64,000 bases of DNA, taken from the NCBI RefSeq assembly GCF_009914755.1, contig NC_060940.1; one strand, given 5' to 3'. The notes beneath the pieces were generated by a model. The model saw nothing but the letters and a program-made list of their open reading frames with translations. It did not search any database and was not told the origin of the DNA. The position numbers and the translations under genes were made by a program. This document shows positions 45,205 through 60,400 of this stretch, piece by piece. The DNA is from the human T2T-CHM13v2.0 reference genome, Homo sapiens. Position 1 is the first letter of the stretch. Each line of letters starts with the position of its first letter.

Positions 45205-48200
45205 GATGATTCCTTTCAAGTTCATTAGATGATTCCATTCGATTCCATTTGATGATGATCCCATTCGAGTCCATTCAGTGATTCCATTCGTTTCCATTCC
45301 ATGATGATTCCATTCCTTTCCATTCAATGATTCCATTCGATTCCGTTTGATGATGATTTCATTCGAGTCCATTTGATGATTCCATTTGATTCCATTCGAT
45401 GATGATTCCATTCGAGTCCATTCGATGATTCTATTCGAATCCATTTGATGATTTCTTTTGATTATATTTGGTGATGATTCCATTGGAGTCCATTCAATGA
45501 TTCCATTCTATTCCAATCGATGATGATTCCATTAGAGTCCATTTAATGATTCCATTTGATTCCAGTCTCTGATGATTACATTCGAGTCCATACGATGATT
45601 CCACTCAATTCCATATGATGATGATTCCATTTGATTCCATTCGGTGATTCCGTTCTATTCTATTCAATGGTGATTCCATTCGAGTACATTAGATGATTCC
45701 ATTCGATTCCATTCAATGATGATTCTATTTGTGTCCCTTAGATGATTCCGCATGATTCCATTAGATGATGATACTATTTGAGCCCATCCAATGATTCCCT
45801 TCGATTCCATTCGATGAGGATTCCATTCGATTCAATTCATTGGTGATTCTATTCAATTCAATTCTTTGATTCCATTCCATTCCATTCGACAATGATTCCA
45901 TTCGATTTCTTTCGATGATTCCACTCGATTCCACTTGACATTGATTCCATTCGATTCCATTCAATGATTCCATTTGATTCCAGTGGATGATGATTGCCAT
46001 CGATTCCATTCGATCACTCCATTCTATTCCATTTGATGATGATTACATTCGATTCCATTTGATGATTCCATCTGATTCTATTCGAGGATTCCATTTGATT
46101 CCATTCGATGATGATTCCATTCGAGTCCATTCGATGATTTCATTCGAGTACATCCAATGATTCCATTCGAGTCCATTAGATGATTCCATTTGATTCCATT
46201 TGAAAATGATTCTACTAGAGTCCATTCAATGACTCCATTCGAGTCCATTCAACAATTCCATTCGACTCCATTCGATGATTCCATTCGATTCCATTTGATG
46301 GTTCCATTCGAGTCCATTTAATCATTACAGTCGAGTCCATTTGGTGATTCCACTGGATTTCTTTTGATAATGATACCATTCAATTACATTTGATGATGAT
46401 CCCATTCAATTTCATTTGATGATGATTCCATTAGAGTCCATTCGATGATTTCATTCGAGTCCCTTCATTGATTCCATCCGATTTCATTGGATGATGACTC
46501 CATTCGAGTCCATTCGCTGATTCCACTCGATTCCATTAGATGACTCCATTGGAGTCCATTTGATTGTTCCATTCGATTCCATTCGATTCCTTTCGAAGAT
46601 TATTCCATTTGAGTCCATTCGATGATGATTCCATTCCATTCCATTCGATGATTCCGTTTGATTCCATTCGATGATTCCCTTCGATTCCTTTCTTTGATGA
46701 TTCCATTCCATTCCATTCAATGATTCCATTCGAATCTATTCCATGATGATTCCTTTCGATTCCATTCGCTGATGTTTCCGTTCAATTCCATTCGATGATG
46801 ATTCCATTCGATTCCATTCATTGAGGATTCCATTTGATTCCATTCAATGATGATTCCATTCTATTCCATTCAATGATTGCATTCAATTCCATTCAATGAT
46901 TATCCCATTAGAGTGAACTCAACGATTCCATTCAATATCATTCGATGATGATTCCTTTTGAGTCCATTCAATGATTTCATTCAAGTCCATTTGATGATTC
47001 CTTTCAATTCCATTCTATGATGATTCCATTCGAGTCCATTCGATGATTCCATTCGATTGCATTCGATGATTCCATTATATTCCATTCAACGATGATTCCA
47101 TTCGAGTCCATTCCATGATTCCATTAGAGTACATTTAATGATTGCTTTGTTTTCAATTCGAAGATGATTACATTGGATTCCATTCTATGATACCATTCGA
47201 TTCCATTCAATGATGATTCCACTCAAATCCATTGGATGATTCCATTCGTGTCCATTCGGTGATTTCATTAGATTCCATTCGAGGATGATTCCATTCGATT
47301 CCATTCGATGATTCCATTCAATTCCATTCGATGATGATTCCATTCCAGTCCATATGATCATTCCATTTGATTTCATTCGATGATGATTCCATTCGATTCC
47401 ATTCGACGATTCCATTCTATTCCATTCAATGATGATTCCATTCGAGTCCATTCGATGATTCCATTCGAGTCCATTTAATGATTCCATTGGGTTCAATTCA
47501 ATGATGATTACATTGGATTCCGTTCTATGATTCCATTCAATTCCGTTCATTGACAATTTGATTCCATTCGATGATGATTCCATTTGAGTTCATTCTATGA
47601 TTCTATTCGATTCTCTTCGATGGTGATTCAATTCTATTATATTGGATGATTCCATTCGATTCCATTTGATGTTGATTCAATTCGATTCTATTCGAGGATG
47701 ATTCCATTGGATTTCACTTGATGATTCTATTCGATTCCATTCAATGATGATTCACTTCTCGTCCATTGGATGATTCCATTTCATTCCATTCGATGATGAT
47801 TCCATTCGATTCCATTCGATGATTCCATTTGATTCCATGCGACGGTGAGCAATTCGATTCAATTCCATGATGATTCTATTTGATTCAATTAGATGATGTT
47901 TCCATTCGAATCCATTCCATGATTATTCCATTGGAATCCATTCGGCGATGATTCCATATGAGTCAATTCAATGATGATTCCATATGGGTCCGTTCGATGA
48001 TAATTCCATTTGATTTCATTCGATGCTTCTATTCTATTCCAGTCGATGATGATTCCGTTGGAGTCCATACGATGATTCCATTTGATTTCATTTGATGATG
48101 ATTCCATTCGATGATGATTACATTGGATTCCATTCTATGATTCCATTCAATTCCATTCGTTGATGATTCGATTCCATTCAATGATGATTCCATTTGAGTT

Positions 48201-51200
48201 CATTCGATGATTCTATTCGATTCCGTTCGATGGTGATTCAATTCTATTATATTGGATGATTCCACTCGATTCCATTTGATGATTATTCCATTGGAGTCCA
48301 CTTAGTGAATCCTTTAGATTCTACTCGACGATGATTCCATTCGAGTCCATTCGATGATACCATTCAATTCCATTCGTTGATGCTTCCATTCAAGTGCATT
48401 CGATGATATCATTCGATTCCATTTGATGATAATTCCATTTGATTCCATGCGATGATTCTATTCGATTCCATTCAATGATAATTCCATTCAATTCAGTGAT
48501 TCCTCTGGACTCCATTTGATGATGATTCCATTCAATGATTCCATTCGATTCTATTCGAAAATGATTCCATTTGAATCCATTTGATGATGATTCCATTAGA
48601 TTCCATTTGATGATTCCATTCGATTCCATTCGACGATGATTCCATTCGATTCCGTTTGATGATTCCATTCTATTCTATTCGATGATGATTCCATTCGATT
48701 CCATTCGATGATGATTGGATTCGATTCCATTTGATGATTTCATTTGATTCCATTCGTTAATGATTTCGATCAATTCCATTCGATGATTCCATTCGATTCC
48801 ATTCGATAATGATTACATCCGAGTCCATTCGATGATTCCCTTTGAGCCTGTTCGATAATTCCATTTGAGTCCAACCAATGATTCCATTCATTTCCATTCA
48901 ATGATTCCATTCGAGTCCATTTGATCATTCCGGTAGGGTCCATTCGATGTTGATTCCATTGGAGTGCATTCGATGATTCCATTCGAGTCCATTTTAGGAT
49001 TTGATTCGAGTCCTTTCGATGATTCCATTCGATTCCACTCGATGATGATTTCATTCGAGTCCATTCGACACTTCCAATCGATTCCATTTGATGATTCCAT
49101 TCGAGTCCAATTGATGATTCCATTCAATTCCATTCGATGATGATTCCGTACGATTCCATTCTGTGATGATTCCATGTGATTGCATTCAATGATGATTCCT
49201 TTCGATTGCATTCGATTATGATTCATTTCGTGTTCATTCTATGGTTCCACAGGTTTCCATTCGTGTCCATTCCATTATTCCATTCTATTCCATTGGATGA
49301 TGATTCCATTCGATTCCATTCATTGGTGATTCCACTCAATTCCATTCAATGATTCCATTCCATTTCTTTCAACAATGATTCCATTAGTTTCTAATCGATG
49401 ATCCACTTGATTCCATTTGACGACGATTCCATTCTTGTCCATTCGATGATTCCATTTGATTCCATATGATGATGATTCCATTCGATTCCATACCATGATG
49501 ATTCCATGCGAGTCCATTCAATGGTGATTCCATTCAATTCCATTCGATGATTCCTTTCGATTCCTTTCGATGATGATGGCATTCGATTCCTTTCAATCAT
49601 TCCCTTTGATTCCATTCAAAGGTGATTTCATTCAAGTCCATTCGATAATTGCATTCGATTCCATTCTATGATGATTCCATTCGAGTCCATTTGATGATTC
49701 CATTCAATTCAAGTCAATGATGATTCCATTCGATTCCATTCGAAGATTCCATTGGATTCCATTCGATGATGATTCCATTCAAATCCATTCGATAATTCAA
49801 TTCAAGTCCATTCGATGATGATTCCAATCGAATCCATTCAAAGATTCCATTCAGTTCCATTCGATGATTCCCTTAGATTCCATTCGATGATTCCACTTGA
49901 TTGCATTTACGATGATTCCATTCGATTCCATGTGATGATTCCATTCAATTCTATTCAATGATGTCTCCATTTGATTCCATTCGACCATGATTGCCTTTGA
50001 TTCCATTCAATGATTCCATTCGGTTCCGTTTGATGATGATTCCGTTCGATTCCATTTGATGATTCCATTTGATTCCATTGGATGAGTCCATTCGATTACA
50101 TTCGATGATTATTCCATTCGAGTGCATTAGATGATTCCATTCGAGTCCATTCGATGATTCCATTCGATTCCATTCGATGTTGATTCTGTTCAAATCCATT
50201 CGATGATTCCACTCGATTCCATTCGTTGACTCCATTTGATCCCATTCGATGATTTCCTTTGATTCCCTTTGATGATCATTCCATTTGATTCAATTCGGTG
50301 ATGTTTCCATTCGACTCCATTCGATGATGATTCCATTCGACTCCATTCGATTATGATTTCATTCAATTCCATTCGATAATGATTCCCTTCGAGTCCATTC
50401 GATGATTCCATTCGATTCCATTCAACGATGATTTGATTCGTGTCCATTCGATGATTCCATTTGATTCCACTTGATGATGATTCCATTCCAGTCCATTTGA
50501 TGATTCCATTCAATTCCATACTCCGATGATTTCTTTTGAGCCCACTCAATGCTTCCACTCGATTCCATATGATGATGACTCCATTCGATGAAATTCGATG
50601 ATGATTCCATTCGCTTGCTTTCGATGATGATTCCACTTGAGTCCGTTAGAAGATTCTATTCAATTACATTCCATGACGATTCCGTTCGAGTCCATTTGAT
50701 GATTCCATTAGACTCCATTCGACGATGATTCCATTCGATGTTATTCAATGATTCCATTCGATCTCATTCGATGATGATTCCATTCAACTCCATTCGATGT
50801 TTCCATTCGAGTTCATTCTATTATTCCATTAGATTCCATTCGATGATGATTCCATTCGATTCCATTTGATGATTGCATTCTATTTCATTTGATGATGATT
50901 CCATTCGAGTCCACTCGATGATTCCATTCGAGTCCATTTAATGAATCCATTGGTTTCAATTCTATGATGATTACATTGGATTCCATTCGTTGATGATTTC
51001 ATTCGGTTCCATTCAATGATGATTCCATTCAATTCCTTTCAATGTTTCCATTCAATTCCATACGATGATGATTCCATTTGATTTGATTTGACAGTGAGCC
51101 ATTCGATTCAATTCCATGATGATTCTATTTGATTCAATTGGTTGACATTTCCATTCGATTCCATTCGATGATGATTCCCTTTGATTCCATTCAAAGATGA

Positions 51201-51293
51201 TTCCATTCTAGCCCATTCAATCATTCCATTCGATTCTATTCAATGATGATTCCATTCATGTCGATTTGGTGATTCCATTTGACTTCATTTGAT
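45205..51293 (+). repeat. 6,089-bp unit S4 (23-bp deletion near 50300)
   Basis: CAATTCGGTGATGTTTCC at 50291 versus CAATTCGGTGATTTCATTTGATTCCATTCAGTGATGTTTCC in other copies (for example near 56380). Confidence 0.9.
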
Positions 51294-54200
51294 GATGATT
51301 CCTTTCAAGTTCATTAGATGATTCCATTCGATTCCATTTGATGATGATCCCATTCGAGTCCATTCAGTGATTCCATTCGTTTCCATTCCATGATGATTCC
51401 ATTCCTTTCCATTCAATGATTCCATTCGATTCCGTTTGATGATGATTTCATTCGAGTCCATTTGATGATTCCATTTGATTCCATTCGATGATGATTCCAT
51501 TCGAGTCCATTCGATGATTCTATTCGAATCCATTTGATGATTTCTTTTGATTATATTTGGTGATGATTCCATTGGAGTCCATTCAATGATTCCATTCTAT
51601 TCCAATCGATGATGATTCCATTAGAGTCCATTTAATGATTCCATTTGATTCCAGTCTCTGATGATTACATTCGAGTCCATACGATGATTCCACTCAATTC
51701 CATATGATGATGATTCCATTTGATTCCATTCGGTGATTCCATTCTATTCTATTCAATGGTGATTCCATTCGAGTACATTAGATGATTCCATTCGATTCCA
51801 TTCAATGATGATTCTATTTGTGTCCCTTAGATGATTCCACATGATTCCATTAGATGATGATACTATTTGAGCCCATCCAATGATTCCCTTCGATTCCATT
51901 CGATGAGGATTCCATTCGATTCAATTCATTGGTGATTCTATTCAATTCAATTCTTTGATTCCATTCCATTCCATTCGACAATGATTCCATTCGATTTCTT
52001 TCGATGATTCCACTCGATTCCACTTGACATTGATTCCATTCGATTCCATTCAATGATTCCATTTGATTCCAGTGGATGATGATTGCCATCGATTCCATTC
52101 GATCACTCCATTCTATTCCATTTGATGATGATTACATTCGATTCCATTTGATGATTCCATCTGATTCTATTCGAGGATTCCATTTGATTCCATTCGATGA
52201 TGATTCCATTCGAGTCCATTCGATGATTTCATTCGAGTACATCCAATGATTCCATTCGAGTCCATTAGATGATTCCATTTGATTCCATTTGAAAATGATT
52301 CTACTAGAGTCCATTCAATGACTCCATTCGAGTCCATTCAACAATTCCATTCGACTCCATTCGATGATTCCATTCGATTCCATTTGATGGTTCCATTCGA
52401 GTCCATTGAATCATTACAGTCGAGTCCATTTGGTGATTCCACTGGATTTCTTTTGATAATGATACCATTCAATTACATTTGATGATGATCCCATTCAATT
52501 TCATTTGATGATGATTCCATTAGAGTCCATTCGATGATTTCATTCAAGTCCCTTCATTGATTCCATCCGATTTCATTGGATGATGACTCCATTCGAGTCC
52601 ATTCGATGATTCCACTCGATTCCATTAGATGACTCCATTGGAGTCCATTTGATTGTTCCATTCGATTCCATTCGATTCCTTTCGAAGATTATTCCATTTG
52701 AGTCCATTCGATGATGATTCCATTCCATTCCATTCGATGATTCCGTTTGATTCCATTCGATGATTCCCTTCGATTCCTTTCTTTGATGATTCCATTCCAT
52801 TCCATTCAATGATTCCATTCGAATCTATTCCATGATGATTCCTTTCGATTCCATTCGCTGATGTTTCCGTTCAATTCCATTCGATGATGATTCCATTCGA
52901 TTCCATTCATTGAGGATTCCATTTGATTCCATTCAATGATGATTCCATTCTATTCCATTCAATGATTGCATTCAATTCCATTCAATGATTATCCCATTAG
53001 AGTAAACTCAACGATTCCATTCAATACCATTCGATGATGATTCCTTTTGAGTCCATTCAATGATTTCATTCAAGTCCATTTGATGATTCCTTTCAATTCC
53101 ATTCTATGATGATTCCATTCGAGTCCATTCGATGATTCCATTCGATTGCATTCGATGATTCCATTATATTCCATTCAACGGTGATTCCATTCGAGTCCAT
53201 TCCATGATTCCATTAGAGTACATTTAATGATTGCTTTGTTTTCAATTCGAAGATGATTACATTGGATTCCATTCTATGATACCATTCGATTCCATTCAAT
53301 GATGATTCCACTCAAATCCATTGGATGATTCCATTCGTGTCCATTCGGTGATTTCATTAGATTCCATTCGAGGATGATTCCATTCGATTCCATTCGATGA
53401 TTCCATTCAATTCCATTCGATGATGATTCCATTCCAGTCCATATGATCATTCCATTTGATTTCATTCGATGATGATTCCATTCGATTCGATTCGACGATT
53501 CCATTCTATTCCATTCGATGATGATTCCATTCGAGTCCATTCGATGATTCCATTCGAGTCCATATAATGATTCCATTGGGTTCAATTCAATGATGATTAC
53601 ATTGGATTCCGTTCTATGATTCCATTCAATTCCGTTCATTGACAATTTGATTCCATTCGATGATGATTCCATTTGAGTTCATTCGATGATTCTATTCGAT
53701 TCTCTTCGATGGTGATTCAATTCTATTATATTGGATGATTCCATTCGATTCCATTTGATGTTGATTCAATTCGATTCTATTCGATGATGATTCCATTGGA
53801 TTTCACTTGATGATTCTATTCGATTCCATTCAATGATGATTCACTTCTCGTCCATTGGATGATTCCATTTCATTCCATTCGATGATGATTCCATTCGATT
53901 CCATTCGATGATTCCATTTGATTCCATGCGACGGTGAGCAATTCGATTCAATTCCATGATGATTCTATTTGATTCAATTAGATGATGTTTCCATTCGAAT
54001 CCATTCCATGATTATTCCATTGGAATCCATTCGGCGATGATTCCATATGAGTCAATTCAATGATGATTCCATATGGGTCCGTTCGATGATAATTCCATTT
54101 GATTTCATTCGATGCTTCTATTCTATTCCAGTCGATGATGATTCCGTTGGAGTCCATACGATGATTCCATTTGATTTCATTTGATGATGATTCCATTCGA

Positions 54201-57200
54201 TGATGATTACATTGGATTCCATTCTATGATTCCATTCAATTCCATTCGTTGATGATTCGATTCCATTCAATGATGATTCCATTTGAGTTCATTCGATGAT
54301 TCTATTCGATTCCGTTCGATGGTGATTCAATTCTATTATATTGGATGATTCCACTCGATTCCATTTGATGATTATTCCATTGGAGTCCACTTAGTGAATC
54401 CTTTAGATTCTACTCGACGATGATTCCATTCGAGTCCATTCGATGATACCATTCAATTCCATTCGTTGATGCTTCCATTCAAGTGCATTCGATGATATCA
54501 TTCGATTCCATTTGATGATAATTCCATTTGATTCCATGCGATGATTCTATTCGATTCCATTCAATGATAATTCCATTCAATTCAGTGATTCCTCTGGACT
54601 CCATTTGATGATGATTCCATTCAATGATTCCATTCGATTCTATTCGAAAATGATTCCATTTGAATCCATTTGATGATGATTCCATTAGATTCCATTTGAT
54701 GATTCCATTCGATTCCATTCGACGATGATTCCATTCGATTCCGTTTGATGATTCCATTCTATTCTATTCGATGATGATTCCATTCGATTCCATTCGATGA
54801 TGATTGGATTCGATTCCATTTGATGATTTCATTTGATTCCATTCGTTAATGATTTCGATCAATTCCATTCGATGATTCCATTCGATTCCATTCGATAATG
54901 ATTACATCCGAGTCCATTCGATGATTCCCTTTGAGCCTGTTCGATAATTCCATTTGAGTCCAACCAATGATTCCATTCATTTCCATTCAATGATTCCATT
55001 CGAGTCCATTTGATCATTCCGGTAGGGTCCATTCGATGTTGATTCCATTGGAGTGCATTCGATGATTCCATTCGAGTCCATTTTAGGATTTGATTCGAGT
55101 CCTTTCGATGATTCCATTCGATTCCACTCGATGATGATTTCATTCGAGTCCATTCGACACTTCCAATCGATTCCATTTGATGATTCCATTCGAGTCCAAT
55201 TGATGATTCCATTCAATTCCATTCGATGATGATTCCATACGATTCCATTCTGTGATGATTCCATGTGATTGCATTCAATGATGATTCCTTTCGATTGCAT
55301 TCGATTATGATTCATTTCGTGTTCATTCTATGGTTCCACAGGTTTCCATTCGTGTCCATTCCATTATTCCATTCTATTCCATTTGATGATGATTCCATTC
55401 GATTCCATTCATTGGTGATTCCACTCAATTCCATTCAATGATTCCATTCCATTTCTTTCAACAATGATTCCATTAGTTTCTAATCGATGATCCACTTGAT
55501 TCCATTTGACGACGATTCCATTCTTGTCCATTCGATGATTCCATTTGATTCCATATGATGATGATTCCATTCGATTCCATACCATGATGATTCCATGCGA
55601 GTCCATTCAATGGTGATTCCATTCAATTCCATTCGATGATTCCTTTCGATTCCTTTCGATGATGATGGCATTCGATTCCTTTCAATCATTCCCTTTGATT
55701 CCATTCAAAGGTGATTTCATTCAAGTCCATTCGATAATTGCATTCGATTCCATTCTATGATGATTCCATTCGAGTCCATTTGATGATTCCATTCAATTCA
55801 AGTCAATGATGATTCCATTCGATTCCATTCGATGATTCCATTGGATTCCATTCGATGATGATTCCATTCAAATCCATTCGATAATTCAATTCAAGTCCAT
55901 TCGATGATGATTCCAATCGAATCCATTCAAAGATTCCATTCAGTTCCATTCGATGATTCCCTTAGATTCCATTCGATGATTCCACTTGATTGCATTTACG
56001 ATGATTCCATTCGATTCCATGTGATGATTCCATTCAATTCTATTCAATGATGTCTCCATTTGATTCCATTCGACCATGATTGCCTTTGATTCCATTCAAT
56101 GATTCCATTCGGTTCCGTTTGATGATGATTCCGTTCGATTCCATTTGATGATTCCATTTGATTCCATTGGATGAGTCCATTCGATTACATTCGATGATTA
56201 TTCCATTCGAGTGCATTAGATGATTCCATTCGAGTCCATTCGATGATTCCATTCGATTCCATTCGATGTTGATTCTGTTCAAATCCATTCGATGATTCCA
56301 CTCGATTCCATTCGTTGACTCCATTTGATCCCATTCGATGATTTCCTTTGATTCCCTTTGATGATCATTCCATTTGATTCAATTCGGTGATTTCATTTGA
56401 TTCCATTCAGTGATGTTTCCATTCGACTCCATTCGATGATGATTCCATTCGACTCCATTCGATTATGATTTCATTCAATTCCATTCGATAATGATTCCCT
56501 TCGAGTCCATTCGATGATTCCATTCGATTCCATTCAACGATGATTTGATTCGTGTCCATTCGATGATTCCATTTGATTCCACTTGATGATGATTCCATTC
56601 CAGTCCATTTGATGATTCCATTCAATTCCATACTCCGATGATTTCTTTTGAGCCCACTCAATGCTTCCACTCGATTCCATATGATGATGACTCCATTCGA
56701 TGAAATTCGATGATGATTCCATTCGCTTGCTTTCGATGATGATTCCACTTGAGTCCGTTAGAAGATTCTATTCAATTACATTCCATGACGATTCCGTTCG
56801 AGTCCATTTGATGATTCCATTAGACTCCATTCGACGATGATTCCATTCGATGTTATTCAATGATTCCATTCGATCTCATTCGATGATGATTCCATTCAAC
56901 TCCATTCGATGTTTCCATTCGAGTTCATTCTATTATTCCATTAGATTCCATTCGATGATGATTCCATTCGATTCCATTTGATGATTGCATTCTATTTCAT
57001 TTGATGATGATTCCATTCGAGTCCACTCGATGATTCCATTCGAGTCCATTTAATGAATCCATTGGTTTCAATTCTATGATGATTACATTGGATTCCATTC
57101 GTTGATGATTTCATTCGGTTCCATTCAATGATGATTCCATTCAATTCCTTTCAATGTTTCCATTCAATTCCATACGATGATGATTCCATTTGATTTGATT

Positions 57201-57405
57201 TGACAGTGAGCCATTCGATTCAATTCCATGATGATTCTATTTGATTCAATTGGTTGACATTTCCATTCGATTCCATTCGATGATGATTCCCTTTGATTCC
57301 ATTCAAAGATGATTCCATTCTAGCCCATTCAATCATTCCATTCGATTCTATTCAATGATGATTCCATTCATGTCGATTTGGTGATTCCATTTGACTTCAT
57401 TTGAT
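51294..57405 (+). repeat. 6,112-bp unit S5
   Basis: Landmark ORFs at 51285 and 57397. Confidence 0.88.
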
Positions 57406-60400
57406 GATGATTCCTTTCAAGTTCATTAGATGATTCCATTCGATTCCATTTGATGATGATCCCATTCGAGTCCATTCAGTGATTCCATTCGTTTCCATTC
57501 CATGATGATTCCATTCCTTTCCATTCAATGATTCCATTCGATTCCGTTTGATGATGATTTCATTCGAGTCCATTTGATGATTCCATTTGATTCCATTCGA
57601 TGATGATTCCATTCGAGTCCATTCGATGATTCTATTCGAATCCATTTGATGATTTCTTTTGATTATATTTGGTGATGATTCCATTGGAGTCCATTCAATG
57701 ATTCCATTCTATTCCAATCGATGATGATTCCATTAGAGTCCATTTAATGATTCCATTTGATTCCAGTCTCTGATGATTACATTCGAGTCCATACGATGAT
57801 TCCACTCAATTCCATATGATGATGATTCCATTTGATTCCATTCGGTGATTCCATTCTATTCTATTCAATGGTGATTCCATTCGAGTACATTAGATGATTC
57901 CATTCGATTCCATTCAATGATGATTCTATTTGTGTCCCTTAGATGATTCCACATGATTCCATTAGATGATGATACTATTTGAGCCCATCCAATGATTCCC
58001 TTCGATTCCATTCGATGAGGATTCCATTCGATTCAATTCATTGGTGATTCTATTCAATTCAATTCTTTGATTCCATTCCATTCCATTCGACAATGATTCC
58101 ATTCGATTTCTTTCGATGATTCCACTCGATTCCACTTGACATTGATTCCATTCGATTCCATTCAATGATTCCATTTGATTCCAGTGGATGATGATTGCCA
58201 TCGATTCCATTCGATCACTCCATTCTATTCCATTTGATGATGATTACATTCGATTCCATTTGATGATTCCATCTGATTCTATTCGAGGATTCCATTTGAT
58301 TCCATTCGATGATGATTCCATTCGAGTCCATTCGATGATTTCATTCGAGTACATCCAATGATTCCATTCGAGTCCATTAGATGATTCCATTTGATTCCAT
58401 TTGAAAATGATTCTACTAGAGTCCATTCAATGACTCCATTCGAGTCCATTCAACAATTCCATTCGACTCCATTCGATGATTCCATTCGATTCCATTTGAT
58501 GGTTCCATTCGAGTCCATTGAATCATTACAGTCGAGTCCATTTGGTGATTCCACTGGATTTCTTTTGATAATGATACCATTCAATTACATTTGATGATGA
58601 TCCCATTCAATTTCATTTGATGATGATTCCATTAGAGTCCATTCGATGATTTCATTCAAGTCCCTTCATTGATTCCATCCGATTTCATTGGATGATGACT
58701 CCATTCGAGTCCATTCGATGATTCCACTCGATTCCATTAGATGACTCCATTGGAGTCCATTTGATTGTTCCATTCGATTCCATTCGATTCCTTTCGAAGA
58801 TTATTCCATTTGAGTCCATTCGATGATGATTCCATTCCATTCCATTCGATGATTCCGTTTGATTCCATTCGATGATTCCCTTCGATTCCTTTCTTTGATG
58901 ATTCCATTCCATTCCATTCAATGATTCCATTCGAATCTATTCCATGATGATTCCTTTCGATTCCATTCGCTGATGTTTCCGTTCAATTCCATTCGATGAT
59001 GATTCCATTCGATTCCATTCATTGAGGATTCCATTTGATTCCATTCAATGATGATTCCATTCTATTCCATTCAATGATTGCATTCAATTCCATTCAATGA
59101 TTATCCCATTAGAGTAAACTCAACGATTCCATTCAATACCATTCGATGATGATTCCTTTTGAGTCCATTCAATGATTTCATTCAAGTCCATTTGATGATT
59201 CCTTTCAATTCCATTCTATGATGATTCCATTCGAGTCCATTCGATGATTCCATTCGATTGCATTCGATGATTCCATTATATTCCATTCAACGGTGATTCC
59301 ATTCGAGTCCATTCCATGATTCCATTAGAGTACATTTAATGATTGCTTTGTTTTCAATTCGAAGATGATTACATTGGATTCCATTCTATGATACCATTCG
59401 ATTCCATTCAATGATGATTCCACTCAAATCCATTGGATGATTCCATTCGTGTCCATTCGGTGATTTCATTAGATTCCATTCGAGGATGATTCCATTCGAT
59501 TCCATTCGATGATTCCATTCAATTCCATTCGATGATGATTCCATTCCAGTCCATATGATCATTCCATTTGATTTCATTCGATGATGATTCCATTCGATTC
59601 GATTCGACGATTCCATTCTATTCCATTCGATGATGATTCCATTCGAGTCCATTCGATGATTCCATTCGAGTCCATATAATGATTCCATTGGGTTCAATTC
59701 AATGATGATTACATTGGATTCCGTTCTATGATTCCATTCAATTCCGTTCATTGACAATTTGATTCCATTCGATGATGATTCCATTTGAGTTCATTCGATG
59801 ATTCTATTCGATTCTCTTCGATGGTGATTCAATTCTATTATATTGGATGATTCCATTCGATTCCATTTGATGTTGATTCAATTCGATTCTATTCGATGAT
59901 GATTCCATTGGATTTCACTTGATGATTCTATTCGATTCCATTCAATGATGATTCACTTCTCGTCCATTGGATGATTCCATTTCATTCCATTCGATGATGA
60001 TTCCATTCGATTCCATTCGATGATTCCATTTGATTCCATGCGACGGTGAGCAATTCGATTCAATTCCATGATGATTCTATTTGATTCAATTAGATGATGT
60101 TTCCATTCGAATCCATTCCATGATTATTCCATTGGAATCCATTCGGCGATGATTCCATATGAGTCAATTCAATGATGATTCCATATGGGTCCGTTCGATG
60201 ATAATTCCATTTGATTTCATTCGATGCTTCTATTCTATTCCAGTCGATGATGATTCCGTTGGAGTCCATACGATGATTCCATTTGATTTCATTTGATGAT
60301 GATTCCATTCGATGATGATTACATTGGATTCCATTCTATGATTCCATTCAATTCCATTCGTTGATGATTCGATTCCATTCAATGATGATTCCATTTGAGT

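Noticed and set aside
52279-58594. Two plus-strand 67-aa ORFs (52279-52482, 58391-58594)
   Set aside because: They are created by a single TTTAA>TTGAA variant that removes a stop in two sister copies. They mark the recent duplication and are not genes.
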